Below are positions 16,148-23,771 of a stretch of 32,000 nucleotides of DNA, piece by piece. The DNA lies in NCBI GenBank assembly GCA_963718585.1, contig OY970357.1, forward strand, positions 1,052,459-1,084,458, in the 5' to 3' direction. A program made the position numbers and the translations under genes. The notes under the pieces are model-generated. The model did not search any database and had not been told where the DNA came from. It saw only the letters and a program-made list of their open reading frames with translations. Position 1 is the first letter of the stretch. The number at the start of each line of letters is the position of its first letter. The stretch comes from Candidatus Saccharimonadota bacterium. Lineage in GTDB: Bacteria; Patescibacteriota; Patescibacteriia; 2-12-FULL-60-25.

Positions 16148-16806
16148 CCCGCGATGAAGAGATGGCACAGCACTTGAGGCCGTACCGCATGCTGGACAAC
16201 CCACGGATGCAGAGGGTCCGGCGTGAAGGGATGGGCTTCCCCGCGGGGCGCGAGATCGCGCGGACCTACGGTCCGTGCAACGCGGTCTCGCTCCAGATCA
16301 TGGCAGCGAGCGCATCCCGGCTGGAAGACCCATCCCTCATTCGCGTCATGGTGCTCAATATGTACGACGAGCTCGGCGGGGAGGATCCGGAGCAGTCCCA
16401 CATCAAGATGTTCGAGCGGTTCATGCGGGCCGTCGACGTCGATCCGGACAACTGTCCGGTCGTGCCGGGGGGTCGTGTCGATACGTACCGCAATGCGTTC
16501 CTCGCCGTGCGGGACGAGCCGTCCGAGTACGAGGCGTGCGGGTTCATGCACGGTTTCGAAGCCGTGTTCCCGTACATCTGTCGAGGGGTCTACGAAGGGC
16601 TCATGAAGAGCAAGCTCGTGACCCCAGAGGCTGCGTACTTCTTCGACTACCACGCGACGGGTGACATGTACCATAGCTCGGAGATCCTGGAGGTCATGAA
16701 GCGCGGCGCGGACACGCCGGAGAAGTGGGATGCCTGCATCCGACGCTCGAAGCACAGTGCATCGCTCATCTACCGCCTGTTCGACGAGATCCTTTCGTCG
16801 ATCTGA
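16144..16806 (+). CDS. Heme-oxygenase-like fold di-iron / iron-containing redox enzyme family protein (CADD/PqqC-like)
   Basis: Ligand-like pattern: YDELGGEDPEQSHIKMF, HGFEAVF, H-x3-D-x2-H (YHATGDMYH). The ATG overlaps the upstream stop (ATGA). Confidence 0.65.
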   Translation: MTRDEEMAQHLRPYRMLDNPRMQRVRREGMGFPAGREIARTYGPCNAVSLQIMAASASRLEDPSLIRVMVLNMYDELGGEDPEQSHIKMFERFMRAVDVDPDNCPVVPGGRVDTYRNAFLAVRDEPSEYEACGFMHGFEAVFPYICRGVYEGLMKSKLVTPEAAYFFDYHATGDMYHSSEILEVMKRGADTPEKWDACIRRSKHSASLIYRLFDEILSSI

Positions 16807-16816
16807 ACTCTCGATC

Positions 16817-16848
16817 TCCCTCGCCGGATCCGGCGGGGGATTTTTTTA
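16817..16848 (+). terminator. Intrinsic terminator
   Basis: CCCTCGCCGGATCCGGCGGGGG hairpin followed by ATTTTTTTA. Confidence 0.8.
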
Positions 16849-16908
16849 TTAGCCCCACGCGTTTTTTAGGTGGTCGGCTCCGTTTTGGTGATACTGTCGT
16901 CCGTGTCG

Positions 16909-16937
16909 TTGACGGCCGCGTCGATCTTCTGTAGTTT
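16909..16937 (+). promoter_or_regulatory. Promoter of 16947-17996 (very short leader)
   Basis: TTGACG-17 nt-TAGTTT, only 9 nt before the ATG. Confidence 0.5.
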
Positions 16938-16946
16938 TCTTCCGTC

Positions 16947-17996
16947 ATGCATGTGAATCACGTTCTTTCCCATTACAACTCACATCAGCCATTTGGCGAT
17001 GATCAGATCCGAAGCGCGATCGACGAGATCTGCCAAAAGACCGGCTTCGTCCCTGCGGGGGAGGCTGGTCGGCGGATGTTGTACGATATGGACAAGACCT
17101 GGCGCGTCCGGATCCACGGCGCCTACGACGGGATGCCTGCCTTGCTCAGGATCGAGAACCTCAAGCTCGAGACCGATGAAGAGCGGGTACGCGCCGCGTT
17201 CCGTGCGCAGTCGGGCGGGATGATCCGTCCGCCGGTGACGTTCGTCTCCGCACCGTTCGATAACGCGGTCGGCTACGCTTGGTCGATCGACGAGGCGGTC
17301 GGGGATCAGATCCTCTTCGATCCCACCGGTGATCCAGCGGAAGGCGCGCGGGCGTTCTTGAAGTTCTACGTCACGCTGCGACGTGCGGTCCGGAAGCCGT
17401 TCCTCGATCATCCCCAAGTGGATGACGCGGCGGCATTCGGTGCTGAGCAGGCGAAGAAATGGACGGAGATCGCTCAGCAGCGGGATCCGGATGTCATGTC
17501 GCGTCATGTGGTCTTGCTTGATCGACTCCGAGACCGGTTCATCGTACCGATGCGTCGCAAGAAGTTGGTCTTCTGCCATGCGCATCTTTCCGGTTGGGAC
17601 GTGCGTATCGGACCCGGGGGGAGCTACGTCGTCTTTGCAAACCATTTCTGGTCGTGGCGCCAACCGGGGTATGACATCGCATTCCCGATCTGGGGGATGT
17701 GGATGGCACTTCCGCCTGAGCAGCAGACGCCAGAAGACGTCCGCGCGATCACGGATGTCTGGCTCCAGTGTCTGTTCCCGCAGCCGCCCGAGGGTGTGGA
17801 TCTCGATGAACGGCATCCAGTCCCGTTGGATGGGATCCGTCATTGGGTCGCGCCGGAAGATCTTCGGACCATGCTCCTCAATCGATGTTTTGGTTCGCTC
17901 ATTCTCGATCTCCCCGCGAAACGTGGACAGGAGACTCACGTCGATAGGCTCGAAGCGGCCGTCGTTGCGGAAGCAGAACGTCTCCTGGCAATGTGA
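16947..17996 (+). CDS. Hypothetical protein with divergent aminoglycoside/choline-kinase-like phosphotransferase fold
   Basis: LVFCHAHLSGWDVRI aligns by eye to the HGDxxxxN catalytic loop, and VVFANHFWSWRQPGYDIAF to the (I/F)DWE..G.P.YDLA region. The canonical Asp and Asn are changed. Confidence 0.55.
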   Translation: MHVNHVLSHYNSHQPFGDDQIRSAIDEICQKTGFVPAGEAGRRMLYDMDKTWRVRIHGAYDGMPALLRIENLKLETDEERVRAAFRAQSGGMIRPPVTFVSAPFDNAVGYAWSIDEAVGDQILFDPTGDPAEGARAFLKFYVTLRRAVRKPFLDHPQVDDAAAFGAEQAKKWTEIAQQRDPDVMSRHVVLLDRLRDRFIVPMRRKKLVFCHAHLSGWDVRIGPGGSYVVFANHFWSWRQPGYDIAFPIWGMWMALPPEQQTPEDVRAITDVWLQCLFPQPPEGVDLDERHPVPLDGIRHWVAPEDLRTMLLNRCFGSLILDLPAKRGQETHVDRLEAAVVAEAERLLAM

Positions 17997-18006
17997 GTTC
18001 TACACA

Positions 18007-18034
18007 AAGCCCCGGTACGCACCGGGGCTTTTTC
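18007..18034. terminator. Bidirectional intrinsic terminator
   Basis: AAGCCCCGGT-acgc-ACCGGGGCTT followed by TTTC, between convergent genes. Confidence 0.75.
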
Positions 18035-18065
18035 ATAGCTACTCCCTACGTCCGATATCCTTCCC

Positions 18066-19463
18066 TTAGGGCGTGACCGTGATCGTGTTCGATGGTTCGT
18101 ATTTGCCACCGACCTTGGTGAAGGCGGTCACGCTCCCAGGAACGTTGATCTGCAGGGTGATCGAACAGCTCGCTGTCGTGCAGAAGGCGAGCGTTGCATC
18201 ATCCATCGATGTTCCGTCCTTGATCTGCGTCTGACCGATCGTCTCTCCGGTGGGGGCGGTGACGGTGATCTCGATCCGACCAGCCGCTGGATGTCCGGTC
18301 ACCGCGATCGTCGGATGCGGAGCTTCTCCGCCCGTCGTCGCTAACGTGACGGTCGGGGAGACGAACGTCTGTCCTCCGATCATCACGCTCGAATAGAGGT
18401 TCGTGGTGCGATAGAAGGGCGTGGATCCCGCGCACTGACTCGTTGCACCGCAATCGCTCCATAGCTCCGGTGTGGTTTCGCCGGGGATGAGCGCGTAGAT
18501 CTTGTGGCTTTGCACGACGTCGGTTCCGGTATAGATGGAGTTAAAGCTCGCACGGCTGCCGACCGTGACGGATTGTGGCGAGACGGACATTTGGATATTG
18601 GCGGATGCCCCTGCCACATTCAGGGTCGGTCGCTGTGCGGTCGGGACCTCGAAGCGTGCTCCGGCCGAATCGTACGCGATGGCAGAGTAGGTTTCGGTCA
18701 TCGGTGCGGTCGTGACAAAGAGCTGTGTACTGCAGGTGGTGGTATTCACGCAGGTCATGATGGGTGTCGGATCAGACGCGGTATGGATCTCGATCTTCGT
18801 GATCGGAAGGGTGCTGTTCGAGACCATGGCGTTGACTTGGACGGTCTGGTTCTGGACCGCATGTGAGGCACTCAGGTCGACGCTGACCATCGCAGGATTT
18901 GTTGCAGGTCCGGTCGAGACGACGGGCGCAGACGGTGGTTGATAGCCGGCGGCGCGGATGTTGGCCCCAGGGGATGCGACAGTTGATTCTGCGTTCACGA
19001 CGTATTGGGAAGCGTCGTCTATCTCATAGCCGATGACGTAGTTCACGAAGAACGCATCTGGGACATCAACGATCTTCGTATTCCAATCCGTGCCATAAAG
19101 CTGGGCGGCGATCGCCTCGCTGGTGACCCAGTGGAGCACGCCATACCGAGAGACGGCATAGACGCGTGGGTCGGTCGTGATCTTCACAAGCTTTGCGCCG
19201 GGCCTCATGGTCACGTTCCCGCCAAGCGGGATCGCCGCGAGTTGGCTGTCCGTCAGTTGGGCGACGCTGGAATAATCGGGATACCAGCTCTTATAGATGG
19301 ATTCGGTCGTGAAGACGTACCGTTTGCCGTTGTCGCCGTTGTAGTACACGGCCGGACCACTGCCCTTGATGAGGTAATTTGTCTGTGCATGCGCGGCGGG
19401 TGCGGTGAGCGTGAGCAGGCCGATCAGCGCCGTCAGGGTCGTGAGGATGCGGGAACGTGTCAT
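18066..19463 (-). CDS. Secreted protein with N-terminal conserved module and Ig-like beta-rich repeats
   Basis: Signal peptide ends LTAPAAHAQT. Thr/Ser/Val-rich beta-strand repeats with paired Cys. Confidence 0.8.
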   Translation of the reverse strand: MTRSRILTTLTALIGLLTLTAPAAHAQTNYLIKGSGPAVYYNGDNGKRYVFTTESIYKSWYPDYSSVAQLTDSQLAAIPLGGNVTMRPGAKLVKITTDPRVYAVSRYGVLHWVTSEAIAAQLYGTDWNTKIVDVPDAFFVNYVIGYEIDDASQYVVNAESTVASPGANIRAAGYQPPSAPVVSTGPATNPAMVSVDLSASHAVQNQTVQVNAMVSNSTLPITKIEIHTASDPTPIMTCVNTTTCSTQLFVTTAPMTETYSAIAYDSAGARFEVPTAQRPTLNVAGASANIQMSVSPQSVTVGSRASFNSIYTGTDVVQSHKIYALIPGETTPELWSDCGATSQCAGSTPFYRTTNLYSSVMIGGQTFVSPTVTLATTGGEAPHPTIAVTGHPAAGRIEITVTAPTGETIGQTQIKDGTSMDDATLAFCTTASCSITLQINVPGSVTAFTKVGGKYEPSNTITVTP

Positions 19464-19481
19464 ATGCCGACAGCATACACC

Positions 19482-19513
19482 AAAAGCCCCTCCAGACGGA
19501 GGGGTGTTTTGTT
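19482..19513. terminator. Hairpin terminator downstream of tRNA-Leu
   Basis: CCCCTCC-agac-GGAGGGG flanked by A-run and T-run. Confidence 0.6.
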
Positions 19514-19525
19514 CGACCAGATGGG

Positions 19526-19609
19526 TGGGCAGGGAGAGACTCGAACTCTCAAACCCTTGCGGGCGCTGGCTCCTAAGGCCAGTGCGTCTACCAGTTTCGC
19601 CACCTGCCC
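19526..19609 (-). tRNA. tRNA-Leu, anticodon UAG, class II (long variable arm); CCA not encoded
   Basis: Manual fold: acceptor GGGCAGG/CCTGCCC, D arm GCG-AAACTGGTAGA-CGC, anticodon stem CTGGC/GCCAG with loop CTTAGGA, variable arm CGCCCGCAAGGGTTT, T arm GAGAG-TTCGAGT-CTCTC, discriminator A. Confidence 0.9.
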
Positions 19610-19749
19610 ACCGATCGGGTCGACCGCGTGGAGCGTATCGGAAAATGTCGAGAATGAAAATGCCCCCTTTCAGCGAGTGTGGAGGAGTACGTGGGTGTAG
19701 CTCTTCAGAATGCGACCTCCTGGAGAGACGTGTGGGTGCCCTCGAATGC

Positions 19750-19778
19750 TTGACAAAAACGTCATTTTCTGGCAGGAT
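19750..19778 (+). promoter_or_regulatory. Possible promoter of the Sir2 gene
   Basis: TTGACA-17 nt-CAGGAT, a weak -10. Confidence 0.35.
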
Positions 19779-19819
19779 GACCCCTCGTCCTTTAGCAACA
19801 AGAGAGGAAGGAGAGATAC

Positions 19820-20575
19820 GTGAATCCGATAGAGATCCGGACCGAAGACCTGAATCAGGAGGCGTCCCCGCTCATCGCGGTGAAGCAACTGCTATTCGGC
19901 GATCTGCCGACGCTCGTCATCACGGGGGCCGGCATTTCTGCGGAAAGCGGCGTGCCGACCTTTCGCGGCGCGGGGGAACGCTGGCGCAACAAACATTTCA
20001 GCGAACTTGCGAGTCCCGAGGCATTCGCTAAGGACCCGCGGGAGATCTGGGACTGGTATCTGTATCGTCGCGTGCTCGTCGCAGCCTGCAAACCGAACGG
20101 TGCACATCAGGCGCTAGCCGATTGGGCAAAGCGGCGTCCCGGAGCGGCCCTTGTCACGCAGAACGTCGACGGCCTGCACGAGCGTGCCGGTCATCCGGAC
20201 GTGATCCGTTTTCATGGGTCGCTCTGGAAGAACCGATGTACCGCATGCGGGGCCGAGCGTGATGACGATGCGCTGTCCTACGACGACCTCCCCCATTCAC
20301 CGTGTTGCGACGCACTCGAGCGTCCTGCGATCGTGTGGTTCGGGGAGACGATCTCGAGCGAGACGATCTCGAGTGCCGCTCTTGCGGTCATGCGTGCCAA
20401 GCTCGTCCTGGTCATCGGGACCAGCGGGGTGGTCTGGCCTGCTGCGGGTCTCATCGAAATGGCGCAGGACCATTCTGCGCTGGTCATCGACGTCAATCCC
20501 GACGATCCCTGCATCCGAGCAGACATCTCGATCCGACTTCCGGCCGGTGTTGCCGTCCCGGCCATCCTTTCTTGA
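19820..20575 (+). CDS. cobB: NAD-dependent protein deacylase, Sir2 family
   Basis: Shows GAGISAESGVPTFRG, QNVDGLHERAG and HGSLW. Zn ribbon is CTACG...SPCC. GTG start is preceded by GGAAGGAGAG. Confidence 0.9.
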   Translation: MNPIEIRTEDLNQEASPLIAVKQLLFGDLPTLVITGAGISAESGVPTFRGAGERWRNKHFSELASPEAFAKDPREIWDWYLYRRVLVAACKPNGAHQALADWAKRRPGAALVTQNVDGLHERAGHPDVIRFHGSLWKNRCTACGAERDDDALSYDDLPHSPCCDALERPAIVWFGETISSETISSAALAVMRAKLVLVIGTSGVVWPAAGLIEMAQDHSALVIDVNPDDPCIRADISIRLPAGVAVPAILS

Positions 20576-20584
20576 ACGTATCTC

Positions 20585-20618
20585 AAATGCCCCCGTTGAT
20601 CGGGGGCATTTTCATTTC
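20585..20618. terminator. Bidirectional intrinsic terminator
   Basis: AAATGCCCCCG-ttgat-CGGGGGCATTT between the convergent cobB and the four-gene operon. Confidence 0.75.
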
Positions 20619-20917
20619 GTGGATCTCAGTTGTTCGATCCGTTCCTTCCATTGCGGAACGGCCGGATGATCCGGGTACAGCACGATCAATCCTTCATACG
20701 CCTTGATCCCCATCTCTGGATCCCGATCGGCAAAGGATGCAGCCTGACGCTCTGCCAGTTCCACTTCGGAGGCGGCGATGCGTTCCACGTCTTCCTGCGC
20801 GGCTTCCGGCGTCGTGTTCCATCCGACGTTGTGAAAACGCGCGTCGCCGATGTCCTTGCCGTTCGGATCATGTTCACGGCCTTCCATGGCGGGTTCTTTT
20901 TTTGGTGTCTCGTTCAT
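20612..20917 (-). CDS. Hypothetical protein (101 aa), last gene of the coupled operon
   Basis: The ATG overlaps the stop of the upstream 576-aa gene (ATGA). Confidence 0.6.
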   Translation of the reverse strand: MNETPKKEPAMEGREHDPNGKDIGDARFHNVGWNTTPEAAQEDVERIAASEVELAERQAASFADRDPEMGIKAYEGLIVLYPDHPAVPQWKERIEQLRSTK

Positions 20918-22644
20918 ACGGGTTTTGTTCTGTTGATCTTCTTTTCCAGGAGCGCGCGGTTTGCGCCTGCCTGTGGTCCGTCGGCTTTCAGATCGATCCG
21001 ACCGTACCAGTCACTTCCGATCAGGGCGATCTTCCCGGCATGGAGCTTTCCTTTCAGCATCGTGGATTCTCCGATCTCGGTCCCATCGGCGACAGCTTTT
21101 TCATATCCTTCTTCAGTATACCAGTTACCGGTCTCACCTTTCCGCAGCAGGGGGCCGTCCTTGCCCATGGACGCAAGCATCTGCGGCGTGACGGCCTCGG
21201 GATGATCTATCGCATCATCCAGTTTTTGAAGCATCGCCTGGACGCGCGGGTCTTCGAGGAGACCGACTTCCTCAAAAGCGCTTTCGATGTTCCCACGAGA
21301 CATGACCACAAGCGTCTCGATGTTCGAGGGGTCCATCTCCGCTTCGTCCCAGCCGTACCCATAGCTTGCCCAGGCATATCCGCCCTGTTCGATGTCCGCA
21401 TGGAGCGTGATCGCATCAGCCCCCATCTGGTCGTAGACCTCCAGCGAGCGACGTGTGACTTCCGCCGCAACGCCGCTACCTTTGATGGAGGGGGGGAGCT
21501 CAAAGAGTTCATGCTTCACGGTCAGCTCTTCTTTCTTTGTCCCCTCTTTCGACTCCTTCATCTCTTTTGAAAAAGATCGGTGGATCTGAGCGAATTCATT
21601 GGTCGCGTTCCCGTTTTCGTCAATGGTCTCATAACTGAATGCTGCGTCTACTTGCGATCGGGCGATCCCACCTTCTTCATCAAAGCCGAGATCCACCACG
21701 CGTAGGATGTCTTCGTAGTTACCATCGCTGTCTCGGGTGAAGGTCGTACGCTCTTCAAGTCCCTTATCGTAACCGCGCAGGTCCAGCGTCTTCGCCATGG
21801 CGACGCCATGCATACCGAGGGTCTCTTTGATGGCGATGAGATTGCGAAGACCGGTCTCTGAACAGAACATCGGGCTTTCTGGGCCGCTGATATTCTCACG
21901 AAGTGCGGTCTGTAACTCAAGCATTTCTGTCCGATACGCAGTGTCCGTGAGCAGGCGTTCGGCAAGCGTCGATCCGATCGATTCAGTGAGTCCGGTCTTG
22001 GCGCGATCAAGCAGATGCGCATCAGCACGTGCGAGACGTGACAAACGTTCGAGCGTCTCCGCCGGAGTTTGCCCCGCGGCATTCAGTTCGTTTGCGATCT
22101 CAAAGATCCGATCTTCCGCCTCCCAGCGTCCTTCCTCGGTCTTCATCAGTTCGCTGAGCACCGCAGGATCTCCGCGTCCTTCCATGACCTCTTTGATCGC
22201 GGCGTTCGTCTGTTCCTTCGGCCCTTCAGGAAGCTCGTTCTTTGCTTCGATCGTTTCTGGGACCTGTTCGGTCGGAGTGATCGCCACTTCCGGGATCTCC
22301 CAATCGAGTTCTTCCTCTGTAGGTGCGGCGGGCTTCTCGTACACGCCAGACACCGCTTCGGGTTTTGCGGGTTCTTGCACAGCGGAGCTGATATCCGCGT
22401 TCAGGTCTTCCCACGCACTATCCAGTTCTGCTTCTAGGGTTTTGAGCTGTTCCGATTCTTCCGGCGTCGCACCGAGGTGATGAAGTTCGGAGGCGATGGT
22501 GTCCAAGCCGGATCGCGTATCCGTGATCTGTCGGTCGCCTTCGCGCAACATCTCGCGTGCGGTCTCACGCGGTGGGATGCGGCGGGACTCGATGCGCTCG
22601 AGCATCTGCCCGCGGCGGGATTCCGGACTCACGGTCTGGAGCAT
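20914..22644 (-). CDS. Hypothetical 576-aa protein: helical acidic N-terminal half, GNAT-like acyltransferase core near aa 380-450, unknown C-terminal domain
   Basis: VKHELFELPPSIKGSGVAAEVTRRSLEVYDQMGADAITLHADIEQGGYAWASYGYGW matches the GNAT beta4-alpha3-beta5 pattern (x-G-x-G-x-A motif A followed by a Y..GF-like strand). Confidence 0.8.
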   Translation of the reverse strand: MLQTVSPESRRGQMLERIESRRIPPRETAREMLREGDRQITDTRSGLDTIASELHHLGATPEESEQLKTLEAELDSAWEDLNADISSAVQEPAKPEAVSGVYEKPAAPTEEELDWEIPEVAITPTEQVPETIEAKNELPEGPKEQTNAAIKEVMEGRGDPAVLSELMKTEEGRWEAEDRIFEIANELNAAGQTPAETLERLSRLARADAHLLDRAKTGLTESIGSTLAERLLTDTAYRTEMLELQTALRENISGPESPMFCSETGLRNLIAIKETLGMHGVAMAKTLDLRGYDKGLEERTTFTRDSDGNYEDILRVVDLGFDEEGGIARSQVDAAFSYETIDENGNATNEFAQIHRSFSKEMKESKEGTKKEELTVKHELFELPPSIKGSGVAAEVTRRSLEVYDQMGADAITLHADIEQGGYAWASYGYGWDEAEMDPSNIETLVVMSRGNIESAFEEVGLLEDPRVQAMLQKLDDAIDHPEAVTPQMLASMGKDGPLLRKGETGNWYTEEGYEKAVADGTEIGESTMLKGKLHAGKIALIGSDWYGRIDLKADGPQAGANRALLEKKINRTKPV

Positions 22645-22647
22645 AGG

Positions 22648-22824
22648 TCAGACGATATCATGTTTGCGATCGCGCGCGCCGTCCTGGATGGTTTGGACCG
22701 TGCGGTCCACGTGCTCCAATCGTTGCGTGAATCGTTTCCATGCTTGCGCGAGGGAATCATGCGCGTCCTGTTCCTGGGCGGTCTTTCGCCAGGCATCACT
22801 CGGCGTGAATGGATTGCGCATCAT
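22648..22824 (-). CDS. Mini-ORF 2 (58 aa), not in the supplied ORF track
   Basis: Own translation: MMRNPFTPSDAWRKTAQEQDAHDSLAQAWKRFTQRLEHVDRTVQTIQDGARDRKHDIV. Its stop is 3 nt before the ATG of the 576-aa gene. Its start overlaps the stop of mini-ORF 1. Confidence 0.45.
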   Translation of the reverse strand: MMRNPFTPSDAWRKTAQEQDAHDSLAQAWKRFTQRLEHVDRTVQTIQDGARDRKHDIV

Positions 22825-22985
22825 ACGTCGGAGATCTGTTTGCGGAGGGCTTCAAGCGCTTTCCGTTGCTTCCGCTCCTCGACTTCGGATAAAAGCGTCT
22901 TCGATGCTTTGCGGACACGCGCGACCCGCGTCTGGAATCGTTTCCAGGCGGCGTCGATCTTCGGAGAAGGGGAGGGTCCGTTCAT
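22821..22985 (-). CDS. Mini-ORF 1 (54 aa), not in the supplied ORF track
   Basis: Own translation: MNGPSPSPKIDAAWKRFQTRVARVRKASKTLLSEVEERKQRKALEALRKQISDV. Has an ATGA overlap with mini-ORF 2 and shares the AWKRF motif with it. Confidence 0.45.
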   Translation of the reverse strand: MNGPSPSPKIDAAWKRFQTRVARVRKASKTLLSEVEERKQRKALEALRKQISDV

Positions 22986-23084
22986 GACCGCAGTGTATCA
23001 GGGACCGCGGTCTTTCGTCTCACGACGTACGGTCCAGACCCCACGTTGCCGATGAACTCCTCAGGACGATCCATCTTTGGGAGG

Positions 23085-23561
23085 TCACTTATGGTATGTC
23101 CGGCCCTCCTGGATCATCCGTGCACGATAGAGCTGTTCCGTGAGCAGGAGGCGCGCGAGTCCATGCGGGAAGGTCATCTTCCCGAGCGAAAGGAGGGCGG
23201 TGGCGCGCTCTTTGACCGCCCCGTCCAAACCCCAGGATCCGCCGATGGCAAAGACCACGGTACGTGATCCGTGGTCAGTCCAATGGTCAAGTTCAGTGGC
23301 AAAGGCTTCGGACGTCCATTCGCGCCCCGTTTCATCCAAGGCAATGAGGATATCGTCGCGTCCGAGGCCCTTCAGCAGAGCTTCGGCCTCTGCGGCCTTG
23401 GCGCGGACGATGTCGGGTTTGGCACTTCCTTTAGAGCCCTCGGGAAGCTCGATGATCTCCAGCTCCGCAAGAGGAGTGATCCTATCCACATACATATCCA
23501 CACCAGAGCGGATCCAGGGTTCGCTCAACCGGCCGATCGCACGTATTTTTAGTTTCAGCAT
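23085..23561 (-). CDS. rlmH: 23S rRNA (pseudouridine1915-N3)-methyltransferase, SPOUT family
   Basis: 158 aa. Shows IALDETGREWTSEAFA, VFAIGGSWGL and LSLGKMTFPHGLARLLLTEQLYRA. Confidence 0.92.
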   Translation of the reverse strand: MLKLKIRAIGRLSEPWIRSGVDMYVDRITPLAELEIIELPEGSKGSAKPDIVRAKAAEAEALLKGLGRDDILIALDETGREWTSEAFATELDHWTDHGSRTVVFAIGGSWGLDGAVKERATALLSLGKMTFPHGLARLLLTEQLYRARMIQEGRTYHK

Positions 23562-23587
23562 AGAGAAAAACCTAGAAATAAAGGGTC

Positions 23588-23616
23588 TTGACAGGTGTCT
23601 TAGCTTCCACTATTAT
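23588..23616 (+). promoter_or_regulatory. Near-consensus sigma70 promoter with AT-rich upstream element
   Basis: TTGACA-17 nt-TATTAT, preceded by GAGAAAAACCTAGAAATAAAGGG. Confidence 0.7.
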
Positions 23617-23622
23617 AGCCGC

Positions 23623-23771
23623 ACTTCAAACCCACGTCCTCCCACGCGTATGTGGAAAGAGGACCACTGGAGCGGAAGTGACTCATCCATGAAAGCGAAC
23701 ACATCGCATCAAGGCTAAGCCACCACCCCTCTCCAGAGGACGGTATCGCTTGGCCTCGCCAAGCGTTTTTT
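23623..23771 (+). ncRNA. Candidate ~150-nt small RNA, or attenuated rRNA leader
   Basis: Bounded by the promoter at 23588-23616 and the terminator at 23747-23771. Internal stems are GTCCTCCCAC-gcgtat-GTGG..GAGGAC, CTGGAG(23667)/CTCCAG(23731) and GCGA-acaca-TCGC. Confidence 0.4.
23747..23771 (+). terminator. Intrinsic terminator inside the region upstream of 23S
   Basis: CGCTTGGC-ctc-GCCAAGCG followed by TTTTTT. Confidence 0.7.

Noticed and set aside
15916-17939. Long minus-strand ORFs 15916-16755 (279 aa) and 16980-17939 (319 aa)
   Set aside because: They are antisense to genes with clear family motifs or clear promoter and terminator pairs on the + strand. They lack start context and terminators of their own.
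22477-23055. + strand ORFs of 192 and 163 aa between the 576-aa gene and rlmH
   Set aside because: They overlap the start of the 576-aa gene in antisense and have no RBS or promoter. The minus strand offers two tightly coupled mini-ORFs with a shared motif, which I prefer, although with only moderate confidence.
23623-23771. Assignment of the promoter-terminator-bounded RNA to SRP/4.5S, 6S, RNase P or tmRNA
   Set aside because: Three diagnostic motifs are absent: the SRP helix-8 motif (GGUCC-GGAA-GGAAGCAGCC-like), the RNase P P4 motifs (GAGGAAAGUCC / ACAGAA) and tRNA-like tmRNA ends. 6S cannot be judged from sequence alone, so the RNA is left unassigned.
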